Shown here one piece after another: positions 46,814 to 58,506 of a stretch of 64,000 nt of DNA; position 1 is the first letter of the stretch, and the number at the start of each line of letters is the position of its first letter. The translations under genes were made by a program, and so were the position numbers. The DNA lies in assembly GCA_016235455.1 (NCBI GenBank), contig JACRKZ010000012.1, positions 1 to 64,000 of the forward strand. Direction: 5' to 3'. This DNA comes from Armatimonadota bacterium (GTDB taxonomy: Bacteria > Armatimonadota > UBA10988). The notes beneath the pieces are model-generated. The model ran no database searches. It was not told where the DNA came from and was given only the letters and a program-made list of their open reading frames with translations.

Positions 46814-46996
46814 ATGAAGAAACACGCCAGGCGCGTGCTGGTGCTGCTCGTCGTCGCCATGTCGGCCATCTTGGCCGGCTGTGGTGCCGGTGCGACGAGC
46901 GCGCAGGGCGGACGGCTGTACATCATCGGTATCGAGGCCAAGCCGACGACCGGCTCGCCCACGCCGTTGCCTCCTCCTCCTCCGTCTACTCCGTAA
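46814..46996 (+). CDS. Small lipoprotein with Pro-rich tail
   Basis: GGGAGG RBS; MKKHARR, hydrophobic core, lipobox LAGC; PTPLPPPPPSTP. Confidence 0.7.
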   Translation: MKKHARRVLVLLVVAMSAILAGCGAGATSAQGGRLYIIGIEAKPTTGSPTPLPPPPPSTP

Positions 46997-47002
46997 CTCC
47001 TC

Positions 47003-47038
47003 GGTGGGCTGGCCAGCTCACGGGCCGGCCAGCCCATC
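47003..47038 (+). other. Hairpin after the small lipoprotein gene (no U-tract)
   Basis: GGTGGGCTGGCC...GGCCAGCCCATC 12-bp stem. Confidence 0.45.
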
Positions 47039-47119
47039 GAAGAGAGTCATCAGCTCGCAGGAGCGTGAAGGAGTCTCTAGCGCGATGGTGTATGATCAAC
47101 GACCAAGGATGGGACGTTG

Positions 47120-47755
47120 ATGAGTACGGCGCCAAGGGACCAACAACTAGAGACCATCATCCGCCTGTCGTTCGTGGCTGAGTTCCGCGATTCCGATACC
47201 GGCAACCACCTACAGCGCGTCAGCCTCCTGGCCAAGCTGCTGGCCGAGGAACTGGGACTCGCCGCCGCCGAGGCGACGCTCATCGCCATGGCTACGCCGA
47301 TGCACGACATCGGCAAGGTCGCCATCCCCGACGATATTCTGCTCAAGCCGGGCCGACTGACGCCCGACGAGCGCCGGGTCATGCAGGACCATACCGTCAT
47401 CGGCATGCGTCTGCTGGCCGGCAGCGAGGCCGAACTGCTCAAGACGGCCTGCCGCATCACCCGCGGGCACCACGAGCACTGGGACGGCCGCGGCTATCCC
47501 GACGGTATCGGCGGCGAAGACATCCCCATCGAGGCGCGCATCGTGGCGCTGGTGGACGTCTACGACGCGCTGGTCACCAAGCGCATCTACAAGCCGGCCG
47601 CCTCGCACGAGGAGGCCGCCGAGATCCTGCGCAGCGCCAGCGGCAGCCAGTTCGACCCCGCGGTCGTGGATGCGTTCTTCCGCGTCGAGGATCGCGTGCT
47701 GGCCATTATGAGCGAGTACGGCGAAGACGACGAAGACGACGGCTGGACAGTCTAG
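47120..47755 (+). CDS. Stand-alone HD-GYP c-di-GMP phosphodiesterase
   Basis: RDSDTGNH, MHDIGK, HHEHWDGRGYPDG, DVYDAL, QFDPAVV. Confidence 0.92.
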   Translation: MSTAPRDQQLETIIRLSFVAEFRDSDTGNHLQRVSLLAKLLAEELGLAAAEATLIAMATPMHDIGKVAIPDDILLKPGRLTPDERRVMQDHTVIGMRLLAGSEAELLKTACRITRGHHEHWDGRGYPDGIGGEDIPIEARIVALVDVYDALVTKRIYKPAASHEEAAEILRSASGSQFDPAVVDAFFRVEDRVLAIMSEYGEDDEDDGWTV

Positions 47756-47784
47756 CCGGTCGGATCGGGGTGTGGGAGAAACCA

Positions 47785-48888
47785 ATGCGCGTGCGCGTCT
47801 TGTGTCTCGTTTCGCTGGCGTTGGCGTTGGGTGGCTGTGAGCCGGTCCGCATCGGCCTGACGGTGCACTCGCCCAATCGCGTCGACGCGACGCTCACGGC
47901 CACTGTCGGTGCCGCCGACCGCGAGTTGGCCGAGGCCACGCTGCGGCGCCTGGCGCCCGGCAAATGGGACCTGGACGCGACGCCCGGCGCCGACTCCGTG
48001 CGCCTGGAACTCGAGCGCACGTTCGACCCCAAGGTTGACCCCGAGATCAAGGTGACGCGCACCGAGGGCGGCTTCCCCTGGGTCCGCCACGCCACCACGG
48101 TGGCCGGCGAGTTCACGCTGCCGGCGCTCCAGCCCGAGCATCTGCTGAGCAAGGTGCTGGCCGACATCCCGCTTGAGCTGTCCGTCGTCCTGCCCGGCCG
48201 AGTCACCCAGGTCAAGGGCGGCAAGGCGCACGGCGGCACCGCACTCTTCGCCACCAAGCTGTCCGAGCTCGAAGGCAAGAAGATGGCCTTCGAGGCCACG
48301 GCCGTCGGCTGGCGCCGCGGCGCCGTGGGTGCCTGGGGCGTCATTCTGCTGGTCATGTTGTGGGTACTGTGGCCCTGGATCATGCCGCCGCCCGAAGTCC
48401 GCGCCCGCCGCCGCGAGGCCGCCGCGCAACGTGCCGCCCAGCGGGCCGCCGTGCGCCAGGCGCGCGCCGCCAGTCAGGCCGAGCGCGATGCTAAGAACGC
48501 CGAGAAGGCCGCCAAACGCGCCGAAGTCGCCGCTGCGCGCGCCGAGAAGGATGCCGCCAAGGCCGCCAAGCGCGCTGAGAAGGACGCCGCCCGCCAGGTT
48601 GCCAAGCAGGCCGACGAAGCCAAGGCGGTGGCCGAAGCCGACGCCGCCGTCGAGCAGGTCGCCGAAGTGGCCCAGCCGACCCGTCGGCGCGGGCTGTTCG
48701 GCCGGCGCAAGGGCCAAGCCGAGCCGGTCGCGGAACCGGTGGCCGACGTGGTGGCCGAGCCGATCGCCGAACCCGTGGCCGACGTCGTGGTCGAGCCGAC
48801 GCCCGAGCCCGAGATCGTCGACGAGCCCGAACCGCGTGCGGTCGAGCCCGAGGCGCCGGCCGGTGACGGCGGCGAGCCCAGCCCTTAG
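47785..48888 (+). CDS. Lipoprotein with second TM anchor and Ala/Lys-rich then EPVADVV-repeat tail
   Basis: Lipobox LGGC; TM segment at GAWGVILLVMLWVLW; AEKDAAKAAKRAEK repeats; EPVAEPVADVV repeats. Confidence 0.7.
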   Translation: MRVRVLCLVSLALALGGCEPVRIGLTVHSPNRVDATLTATVGAADRELAEATLRRLAPGKWDLDATPGADSVRLELERTFDPKVDPEIKVTRTEGGFPWVRHATTVAGEFTLPALQPEHLLSKVLADIPLELSVVLPGRVTQVKGGKAHGGTALFATKLSELEGKKMAFEATAVGWRRGAVGAWGVILLVMLWVLWPWIMPPPEVRARRREAAAQRAAQRAAVRQARAASQAERDAKNAEKAAKRAEVAAARAEKDAAKAAKRAEKDAARQVAKQADEAKAVAEADAAVEQVAEVAQPTRRRGLFGRRKGQAEPVAEPVADVVAEPIAEPVADVVVEPTPEPEIVDEPEPRAVEPEAPAGDGGEPSP

Positions 48889-48915
48889 CCGGGAACGGCG
48901 GACCAGCATGGCGCG

Positions 48916-51390
48916 CTAGCCGGGCGATGCTCGGTCCATCAACCAGGCACGCCAGGCCCACGGCCTCAGCCGGGCATCAGTGGACTCTGGCTTGAGTGGC
49001 GATTCCACCAGGTCACACGGCGTGGCTTGCCAGCCGGGCGGCGCCATGCCGAACCGACCGTCGACCGTCCCGCTCGTGGGATTCCACAGCCGCGCCACCA
49101 GCTTGCCGGGCTGCGTCTCCGCGGGCTTGAGCGCCCAGACGACCGCTCGCGGGTCGCGAGGTGCGCCGAGGCTGTACGTCGTCGCCGGCAGGCGGCCCAG
49201 GCTCTGCCCCACCCGCACCGCCAGGAACGGGTTCTGATGTTCGAGGCTGAAGCGCAGTGCATCGCTGGGCTCGGCCCGGCCGTGTGCCCACAACGCGAAG
49301 CGCTGCAGGAACCGTGTTTCGCCGCCCTGGTTCCTGAGACCCAGGCCTGGCCCGTCCACCTGGCCGCCGGCCAGCACCGAGAGCAGCGGTGTGCGCGTAT
49401 CGAGCTGCCCGACTGTGCTGTGGCCCAGGCGGAAGAACGACAGGTCGGCGTTGGACAGCGTGAGCCCGTGGTCGGCGCTCGATGCATCGACGAAGTGGTT
49501 CAGCGTCAGCCAGTCGTAACGGGCGTTGCGCGGTGAGTAGTGCCCGCCCTCGCCGCTCAGCTTGGCGGTCAGGATGGCGCCGAGCTCCTCGTGCCGCACG
49601 GTGAAGTCGTCCAGGTTCAGCCCGAAGCCCCAGGTCAGCGTCTGGCCGAAGTTCTGCTCGACGCGGCACTCGATGGCGACGCGTGGCGAGCCCGCGGTGA
49701 GCGTGACCCGCGTGGTGTGGCGCACCGGCTGGTCGGCGGTGGACAACAGCGTGGCGGACAGCGGGCCGGCCTCCTCGACGCTGATCGTGCCACCGCTGGG
49801 CCCCAGGTCGCACAGGGCGCGACCGTCGACGGCGCGCACCGCCTCGCGGCCGCTGGCCCGGTCGATCAGGCTGGTGATCGCGCCGTTGGGCGCCAGCGTC
49901 ACGGCCACCAGGCCGTTGTCGAGGCATGCGCCATCGACGCGCACCGGCTCGGCCACCAACGGCGCGCGGCCGGGCCGCAGGGCGACCACGACGTAGCCCA
50001 GCGGCGGCACCGTCAGGCGCACGCGCAAGCGATCGCCGAGGCGCTGGCTCGGCAGCGGCCGGGCGTCACGCAGGTCGACGGCGATGCGTGCGTCGCCAGC
50101 CGGCAGCGGCAGGTCGACCACATCGGTGCGCGACCAGCTCAGCGCATTGACCACGGCATACCGCGGCTCAGCCGATGGCCCGCCGGCGACGGCGTTGCCC
50201 AGCCGGCCGCGTCCGGCCTCCTCGACGGCGGCCACATGCCGGTCGACCCGGTCGGCGAGGCTCCGCTGCCAGGCGGTCCGCACCTCACGCGAGACCGGCC
50301 CATCGGCGGTCCAGTCGTGGTCCCAGTAGAGCCCGAGCGCTTCGTTGGCGGCCCACCGCGTGTCACTCGCGGGGTCGGTGTCGCCCGCGCCGGCCGACGT
50401 GGCCAGGGCCAGCATGAACTCAGCGCCGCGCAGTCGTTCGACCGCGCGGCGCACGCGCGAAGTGGTCTCCATCAGCGAGCAGCTGTAGGTGTCCCACTCG
50501 TTGCCGAAACTGGCGGTGACGCTCGGCAGCTGGCCGCCAAGCGACTGCTCCACCGCCTGGAAGTAGTCCAGCTGGTTGGACACGACCACGCGGCAGGTGT
50601 CTGTCGTTTTGGCTCGCGCGGCCTGAAGGATGGCGTCGTTGGTGGTGCTCAGGTCGTCCCAACCCTGGCCGAACAGCCCGATGATCGGGTACGGATGGCG
50701 GCGGCGGAACTCGGGATCGCCGAGCACGAAGTCGATGGCCTCGGCCGGCCGGCGTGCTTCGGCATAGCCGCCGACCATGGCGTTGTCGCGCAGCATGGAG
50801 TACCACTTGCACAGCACCCGGCTGCCGTCGAGCCCGGTCCACCAGAACACCTCATGCTCGCGGTCGCCAGGCCGATCCATGCGGCTCGCGCAGCCGCAGA
50901 TGCCGCGCCAGGTGTAGCGGATGCCCGATCCTGCCCAGAGCGTGGCCAGGCCGAGCGGTTGGGTCTGATTCTCCATGGCCACACCCAGCACCATGGGCAG
51001 GCTGTACTGCTGCCGCAGCCGCGCGCCGTCGTACAGGCCGCGCAGCACGGCCTCGGTGGGCATGCCGCCGTAGGTCGAGCAGAGCGTGGTCAGCGGCACG
51101 CTGATGTGGCCGTCGCGCACTCGCGCCAGCAGGCGCTCGAACGCGGCGGGCGGCCGCGCGCGCTCGTACTCGCGCAGCCAGAAGGCACCGTCGACGCAGA
51201 ACCGCGCCTGCAAGTCGCTCGGCTCGCCAGCGGTCTGATCGATGCGGTCCAGCCACCAGTCGAGCATCTCGCAGAACGCCTGCCGGTAGCGCTCGCCGTC
51301 CGCCGTCCAGTAGTAGTCGGTGTGGTCGTCGGGCGCGACGTAGATGGTCGTCGGGCCGGCCACAAGACCCAGCGCCAGCATCCAGACCAT
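48916..51390 (-). CDS. GH38-like (alpha-mannosidase-type) glycoside hydrolase
   Basis: IYVAPDDHTDYYW metal-binding start, FWWTGLDGSRVL, VVNALSWSRTDVV, LDNGLVAV, VWALKPAE. Confidence 0.75.
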   Translation of the reverse strand: MVWMLALGLVAGPTTIYVAPDDHTDYYWTADGERYRQAFCEMLDWWLDRIDQTAGEPSDLQARFCVDGAFWLREYERARPPAAFERLLARVRDGHISVPLTTLCSTYGGMPTEAVLRGLYDGARLRQQYSLPMVLGVAMENQTQPLGLATLWAGSGIRYTWRGICGCASRMDRPGDREHEVFWWTGLDGSRVLCKWYSMLRDNAMVGGYAEARRPAEAIDFVLGDPEFRRRHPYPIIGLFGQGWDDLSTTNDAILQAARAKTTDTCRVVVSNQLDYFQAVEQSLGGQLPSVTASFGNEWDTYSCSLMETTSRVRRAVERLRGAEFMLALATSAGAGDTDPASDTRWAANEALGLYWDHDWTADGPVSREVRTAWQRSLADRVDRHVAAVEEAGRGRLGNAVAGGPSAEPRYAVVNALSWSRTDVVDLPLPAGDARIAVDLRDARPLPSQRLGDRLRVRLTVPPLGYVVVALRPGRAPLVAEPVRVDGACLDNGLVAVTLAPNGAITSLIDRASGREAVRAVDGRALCDLGPSGGTISVEEAGPLSATLLSTADQPVRHTTRVTLTAGSPRVAIECRVEQNFGQTLTWGFGLNLDDFTVRHEELGAILTAKLSGEGGHYSPRNARYDWLTLNHFVDASSADHGLTLSNADLSFFRLGHSTVGQLDTRTPLLSVLAGGQVDGPGLGLRNQGGETRFLQRFALWAHGRAEPSDALRFSLEHQNPFLAVRVGQSLGRLPATTYSLGAPRDPRAVVWALKPAETQPGKLVARLWNPTSGTVDGRFGMAPPGWQATPCDLVESPLKPESTDARLRPWAWRAWLMDRASPG

Positions 51391-51435
51391 GGTCTGCTCC
51401 AAACGGCGCGAGCGAGGGCGCCCGCGCTCCGGTCG

Positions 51436-54400
51436 CTACTTCGCGGCGAGGTCGGCGCCGAGCGTCACCGCTCCGCCAGGCCTGGTGTCCAGCGTGACCG
51501 CCCGGTCGCCCAGGCGTACGCGGCATGGGCCGCCGAGGCTTGAGCGGATTGTCGCCGAGGCGAGCTGGCCGTCGCGCCAGCTCAGGTCGACCTCGAACCC
51601 GCCACGACCCCGCAACCCCTGCACCGAGCCCGTGGACCAGGCCGTGGGCAGCGCCGGCAGCAGTTGCAGCTCACCCGCGTGTGACTGCAGCAGCGCCTCA
51701 CAGAGCGCGGCGGTGATGCCGAAGTTGCCGTCGAGCTGCATCGGCGGATGGTTGCCGAACAGGTTGGGCAGCGTGTTGTAGCTCAGCAGGCCGCGCACCA
51801 TCTCGAACACCTTCTCGCCCTGGCCGAACCGTGCCCACAGTGCGCAGCGCCAGGCCCAGGCCCATTCGCGCCGGCTGTCGCCGCTCTGGCCTCGGGCCTC
51901 CAGCGAGGTGCGAGCCGCCTTGGCCAGCTCGGGCGTCAGCGTCTCGGAGATCTGCCGGCCGGGATACACGGCGAACAGGTGCGAGGTGTGCCGGTGCTGG
52001 TCCTTGGGGTCGTCGCGGTCGACCATCCACTCTTGGAGCTGGCCCCACTTCCCGATCTTGGGTCCGAGCAGGTGCGCCTTCATGTCGGTCAGCTTGGCCC
52101 GGTACTCGGGGTCGACACCCAGCGCCTCGGCGGCGGCGATGGTGTTGGTGAACAGATCCCACATGATCTGCTGGTCATAGGAGCAGCCGTCCTCATCGGG
52201 GCCATGCTCGGGCGACCAGCCCATGGGCGCCACCAGCGTGCCGTCCGGCAGCTTCTTGAGCAGATCCTCCCAGAACTCGCACAGCTCGCGCAGCACGGGA
52301 TAGGCCTTGGCCAGATAGGCCCGGTCGCCCGAGAAGGCGTAGTGCTCGTAGAGATGCTGGCCATACCACGCGCCGGCCGGCGTGTTCCACTTCCAGCCAT
52401 GGCCGCCGAAGATGTTGTGGCTGGTGCGCGCGGTCCAGCCGCGGGCGCCGTGGTAGGCCGGCTCAGCCCGGGTGGCGATACGGCTGGGCTCGGCGATGGC
52501 CTGAATCAGATCGAGCAGCGGCACATGGCACTCGGCCAGGTTGGCGGATTCGGCTGGCCAGTAGTTCATCTGCACGTTGATGTTGGTGTGGTAGTCGCTG
52601 TACCAGGCGGGCTTATTGCTGTCGTTCCACAGGCCCTGCAGGTTGGCCGGCAGGCCGCCGGGCCGCGAGCAACTGGCCAGCAGGTAGCGGCCCATGGCGA
52701 ACAGGTCGGCCACCAACTCCGGGTCGTCCGGGTCGTTGGCAAACCGCTTGACGCGCTGGTCGGTGGGCAGAGCAGTGCGGTCGGGCGAAGACGTGCCCAG
52801 GTCGAGCCGCACACGGCCCAGCAGCGCCACCATGTCGGCCTGGTGCGCGGCCAGCAGCGCCGCGTCGTCCTTGGCCAGCGCCGCATCAACCCGTGCCGTG
52901 ACCGCCGGGTGAGGATCGTCGCCACGCCACTTGCGGGCGAAGTCCATGGCGTAGTCGGTGCCCGCGGCCACGACCAGCGTGACGCTGTCGCAGCCGTCGA
53001 GCACCAGCGCGCCGTCCACCGCGCTCAGCTGACCGCCGTCCGCGCGCGCGGCAATCTGCGTCTCGTAGCGCAGGCCGTTGCTCAGGTTGCCCGCACAGGT
53101 CAGGCGTGCACCGTCGGCGGTGACCTTGGCCTGGTGGGCGTCGGCGAAGCGTACGCGGCCCGTGAGCCGGCCGGGCTGGTCGGCGCTGAGCCGCGCGACA
53201 AGCACGCCGTCGGCGTGACTGCAGTACACCTGGCGGCGCCAGGTGGTGCCGGCCAGGTCATACGACACGCGCTGCACGCCGGTGGTCAGGTCCAGCTCGC
53301 GGTGGTAGTTGGCCACGGGTGCCGGGGCCGCGGCGAAGGAGACGCCGTCGAGGCCGATCTCGGCCAACTGGTAACGCATCTCGCCGTGGTTCTCGGTGAA
53401 CGTGAGCCGGTAGTAGCGGTACCTGGTCGCGTTGGCGCACGTGTATGCGCGCCGCTCGCCCCGCTTGGCGAACTGCGGCTGGTCGGCGCGCTTGTCCAGG
53501 TCCACCCAGGTCTGGCCGTCGGTCGAGCCGGCCAGGATCCAGGCCTTCGGGTCGCGCGTGGGCGTGTCGTTGGCCGCGACCAGGCTGTAGCCGGTGACGG
53601 CGACTTCGCCACCGGCGGGCAGCGCCACCTGCCAGACCAGCGGCTTGCCCTGATGCTCCACGCACCACTTGGTATCGGGCTGACCATCGGCCGACTGCTG
53701 CACGCTCTCATAGTCATAGAACGACGCCTGGCCGCTGGGGCAACTGACGACGGCGGCACCGGGCGCGCTGGTCTGGGGCAGGTCGACGAACAGGTCGCCC
53801 AGGTTCTGGTACGAGCCCATCGAGTCGTAGTCGCCCGAGGGATTCTCGTCGCCGGTCCACAGGCTGTTCTCGTTGAGCTGGATGCGCTCGGTGGGCACGC
53901 CGCCAAAGACCATTGCGCCGAGCCGGCCGTTGCCCACGGGCAGCGCCTCGCCCGACCAGTTCGTCGCCGGCCTGGTGTACCAGATGGCCGGTCGCACTCG
54001 GCTCAGCCCGTTCGCCACCGCTTCCGCCATGAGTCGATATCCTTCCGTGTTCGGATGAACCTTGTCCGGCGCCAACTCGGGCCGGCCGAGCAGCACGGGA
54101 TGCATGTCGAGCACCTCGACGCCGATCTCACCCGCGGACCGGAGCAGGTCGGGGATGACTTCGTCGCGGATACGCCCCTCATCGATGCCCCACTGACCAG
54201 GGAAGGCGGCCATGGGCGTCAGCAGCACCACGCGCGGCCGGCTGGGCCAGTCGCGCAGTTCGGCCACGGTGGCCTTCAGATCAGCGCCGAAGTCGGCCCG
54301 GTGCGCCCAGTTCTGGGGTTTGGAGTCGTTGCCGCCGAGCGACAGCAGGACCAGTTGCGGGCCGAAGGCCTTGGCCCGCTGCCAGGCCTCCTCGCGCACG

Positions 54401-54654
54401 TACGGCTTGTCGCCCGCGCGCAGCATGGTCGACCCGCTGACCGCGAAGTTGACCACCTGGTAGCCCGGCCCGAGCAGCCGGGCCAGCCGCGGCGGCCAGC
54501 CTTCGGTCTCGGCATGGGCCGCGCCCACGCCGACGACGATGCTGTCGCCCAGGCAGGCCACGCGTAGCGGCGCGGGTGCCGCCTGCACGGTGCCGGCCAG
54601 CAGGCACAAGGCGACCAGGGCACGACGCACGACGGCCAGACGGCACGGGATCAT
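51436..54654 (-). CDS. SGNH esterase fused to GH95 alpha-L-fucosidase with inserted F5/8 (discoidin-like) domain
   Basis: ACLGDSI, LGGND, DKVHP; [61 protein letters not shown]. Confidence 0.9.
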   Translation of the reverse strand: MIPCRLAVVRRALVALCLLAGTVQAAPAPLRVACLGDSIVVGVGAAHAETEGWPPRLARLLGPGYQVVNFAVSGSTMLRAGDKPYVREEAWQRAKAFGPQLVLLSLGGNDSKPQNWAHRADFGADLKATVAELRDWPSRPRVVLLTPMAAFPGQWGIDEGRIRDEVIPDLLRSAGEIGVEVLDMHPVLLGRPELAPDKVHPNTEGYRLMAEAVANGLSRVRPAIWYTRPATNWSGEALPVGNGRLGAMVFGGVPTERIQLNENSLWTGDENPSGDYDSMGSYQNLGDLFVDLPQTSAPGAAVVSCPSGQASFYDYESVQQSADGQPDTKWCVEHQGKPLVWQVALPAGGEVAVTGYSLVAANDTPTRDPKAWILAGSTDGQTWVDLDKRADQPQFAKRGERRAYTCANATRYRYYRLTFTENHGEMRYQLAEIGLDGVSFAAAPAPVANYHRELDLTTGVQRVSYDLAGTTWRRQVYCSHADGVLVARLSADQPGRLTGRVRFADAHQAKVTADGARLTCAGNLSNGLRYETQIAARADGGQLSAVDGALVLDGCDSVTLVVAAGTDYAMDFARKWRGDDPHPAVTARVDAALAKDDAALLAAHQADMVALLGRVRLDLGTSSPDRTALPTDQRVKRFANDPDDPELVADLFAMGRYLLASCSRPGGLPANLQGLWNDSNKPAWYSDYHTNINVQMNYWPAESANLAECHVPLLDLIQAIAEPSRIATRAEPAYHGARGWTARTSHNIFGGHGWKWNTPAGAWYGQHLYEHYAFSGDRAYLAKAYPVLRELCEFWEDLLKKLPDGTLVAPMGWSPEHGPDEDGCSYDQQIMWDLFTNTIAAAEALGVDPEYRAKLTDMKAHLLGPKIGKWGQLQEWMVDRDDPKDQHRHTSHLFAVYPGRQISETLTPELAKAARTSLEARGQSGDSRREWAWAWRCALWARFGQGEKVFEMVRGLLSYNTLPNLFGNHPPMQLDGNFGITAALCEALLQSHAGELQLLPALPTAWSTGSVQGLRGRGGFEVDLSWRDGQLASATIRSSLGGPCRVRLGDRAVTLDTRPGGAVTLGADLAAK

Positions 54655-54707
54655 CGCAGCACTCCGTGGTCGGAGTTCGCGGCGCCGGTGGGTCATCCTC
54701 TGTGGGC

Positions 54708-55066
54708 TCAGCGGCGCGTCAGCAACAGCAGGACGCGGCAGCGGCCGGCATCGCCGCTGTCGACGCGGAGCCGCAGCGAAAGCCCGGCGCGCGACCACTC
54801 GTCGCCGCGCGGCTGCCAGCCATCGGCGGCCAGACGAGCCGCCATGTCGGTGCGAACGGCGGATGCCTCGGCTGCCACGTCGTAGGTTACGCTACGCCAG
54901 CGCAGCAGTCGAGAGCCGCCGGTGGCCGAGCGAGCCACGACGGCACTGGGCATCGGCAGCACCACGCTCGCCAGAGGATCGGGCAGCCGCCAGGCGGCGA
55001 CATAGAGGCCGGCCAGCACCGCCATGACGGCCAGGCCGAGCAGTCGCATGCGGCGCAAATCGGGGT

Positions 55067-55070
<4 letters not shown>
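54708..55070 (-). CDS. Small membrane-anchored hypothetical protein
   Basis: ATGA overlap with the NtrC-like gene stop; N-terminal hydrophobic helix. Confidence 0.55.
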
Positions 55071-56469
<1,399 letters not shown>

Positions 56470-56470
<1 letters not shown>

Positions 56471-57372
56471 CAGGCATCCTCATGCTCATCCGACCAGACG
56501 ACCGTACCGGTGCTGCCTTCGCCGCGCGCCTGCATCATGGAGTGCTGAGCACGGGCCAGCATCTCGCCCAGATCGGCGATCTCGCGGTCGACGATGGCCA
56601 CGCCGAAGTTGGCCAGGATCGGCAGCATCACCCCGTTGACCTCGATGCACAGCGCATTGAGCCGCTCGGACAGCCGCTCGATGGCGACCACCGCGCGGTC
56701 CCGGCTGGTGTGCGGCATGAGCACGATGAAGCCGCTCTCGGAGTAGCGCGTGGGCACGTCGAGCGCGCGCACGTTCTCGCGCAGGAAGCGGCCCACGCGG
56801 CGCAACAGGATGTCGCCGGCGGCCGAGCCGTACTGCTCCTCCACGGCCTCCACCGTGGCCACGTCGATGGCCACCAGCGCCAGCGATGAACTGATGCCGT
56901 AGCGCTGCTGGCGGTAGAGTTCCTCGCGAAGACGATCCTCGAAATGCTCGCGGTCGCCCAACTCGGTCAGCGTATCGGTGTGGGCCGCCCGCTGGTAGGC
57001 GCGTGCGCGGCGCAGCGCCGTCTGGACGCGAGCCAGCAGCTCCTCGCGGTCAAACGGTTTGGGTATGTAGTCGTCGGCGCCGAGTTCCAGGCCTTCGGCC
57101 AGCTCGAAGTGCTGGCCCCGCGCGGACAGGAAGACGAACGGTACGAGCTCGAACCCGGTCGTCTGGCGCACGCGCTGGCACAGATCGGAGCCGGCCAGGT
57201 CGGGCATCATCACATCGGACACGATGAGATGGGGCAGCACGCGCTCCAGCTTGGCCAGCGCTTCCAGCCCGCCCGAGGCGCAGGTCACCTCATAGCCCCC
57301 GCGCGACAGAACGTAGTCGAGCAGTTCCAGCATCGACGGCTCATCGTCGACGACCAAGATGCGTGCACTCAC
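56470..57372 (-). CDS. Response regulator with degenerate GGDEF domain
   Basis: Receiver (VVDDE, SDVMMP, PKP); TDTLTELGDR; RALD-VPTRY-SESGF replacing RxxD-xxxRY-GGDEF. Confidence 0.88.
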
Positions 57373-58403
57373 GCCGAGCCACCTTCCCGCTGCCACGGCA
57401 AACAGACCCGGAACGTGCTACCGACGCCCAGGTCACTGCTCACTTCGATACGGCCCTCATGGGCCTCGACCAATTCGCGCGCAATGGCCAGGCCCAGGCC
57501 GGTCCCACGCGGTCCGATGCCGCTCGCGCGGCATCGGTAGAACTTGGCGAAAATGTGGGGCAAATCCTCTTTGGCGATGCCGCATCCGGTGTCGCTGACC
57601 ACCAGACACAGCTCGCCGGCCGACTCGACCGCGCTCAGCCTGACCTGGCCGCCCGGTTGGGCGAACTTGACCGCGTTGCCCAGCAGATTGGCCAACACCT
57701 GGCTGAGCTGGTCGCGGTCGGCCACCATCGTCCAGTCGGCCGGCGGCAGCTCGCCGCTCACCTCGATGCCCGTGTCGCGTGCGGCCAGCCGGGCCACAAC
57801 CAGCGCGTCGTGCAGCAGATCGGCCACGACGAAGGTGGTGTCGAGTCGCGCGCGTCGCCCGGCCTCGATGCGGCTGATGTCCAGCAGGTCGTCGATCAGC
57901 CGGCTGAGCCGGTCGGTCTCGGCCCGCGCGATGGTCAGGAACTTGCGCCGCATGGGCGGCGCGAGCGACTCCTCGTCCTCGAGCACCACCCCGAGGAAGC
58001 CCTTGATGGCGGCCATCGGCGTGCGCAGCTCGTGCGAGACGTTGCTGACGAATTCGGTCTTGAGCCGGTTGACCTCGGCGTCGCGCGTGACGTCGCGGTA
58101 TGAAACCAGCCAGCCCGGCGGCTCGGCCTCCGCGGCCAGTCGGCTGACCCGCCGACGGACCACGCGCTCGTCGGGATACTGCAGCTCCAACTCGACCTCT
58201 TCGTCCTCGTCCTGGTGTTCCGCCAGACGCAAGTAGAGGTCGGGGTCGGCCATGCAGTTGAGCACATGCTGCCGAACCGCGCTCAATTCCGTGGTCGGCG
58301 CCAGCGCAAAGAGATCCCAGAAACGCCGGTTGGCGCCCAGCAGCCGCTGCTGATCATCGATTAGCAGCAGGGCCTCGTCAACGGCGTCCAGCACTGTCCA
58401 CAT
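57369..58403 (-). CDS. PAS-HisKA-HATPase sensor histidine kinase (start uncertain)
   Basis: FVSNVSHELRTP, NLLGNAVKF, DTGCG, GTGLGLAI. Confidence 0.9.
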   Translation of the reverse strand: MWTVLDAVDEALLLIDDQQRLLGANRRFWDLFALAPTTELSAVRQHVLNCMADPDLYLRLAEHQDEDEEVELELQYPDERVVRRRVSRLAAEAEPPGWLVSYRDVTRDAEVNRLKTEFVSNVSHELRTPMAAIKGFLGVVLEDEESLAPPMRRKFLTIARAETDRLSRLIDDLLDISRIEAGRRARLDTTFVVADLLHDALVVARLAARDTGIEVSGELPPADWTMVADRDQLSQVLANLLGNAVKFAQPGGQVRLSAVESAGELCLVVSDTGCGIAKEDLPHIFAKFYRCRASGIGPRGTGLGLAIARELVEAHEGRIEVSSDLGVGSTFRVCLPWQREGGSA

Positions 58404-58506
58404 TGAACGATTGTCTGGCGTGGCGATACTCACGCGTACTCTTCCTTGGCCCGGAGCACGCACCATGGTCGGAAGGAGCCACCGCCCCCCACGCGAACCT
58501 TGCACC

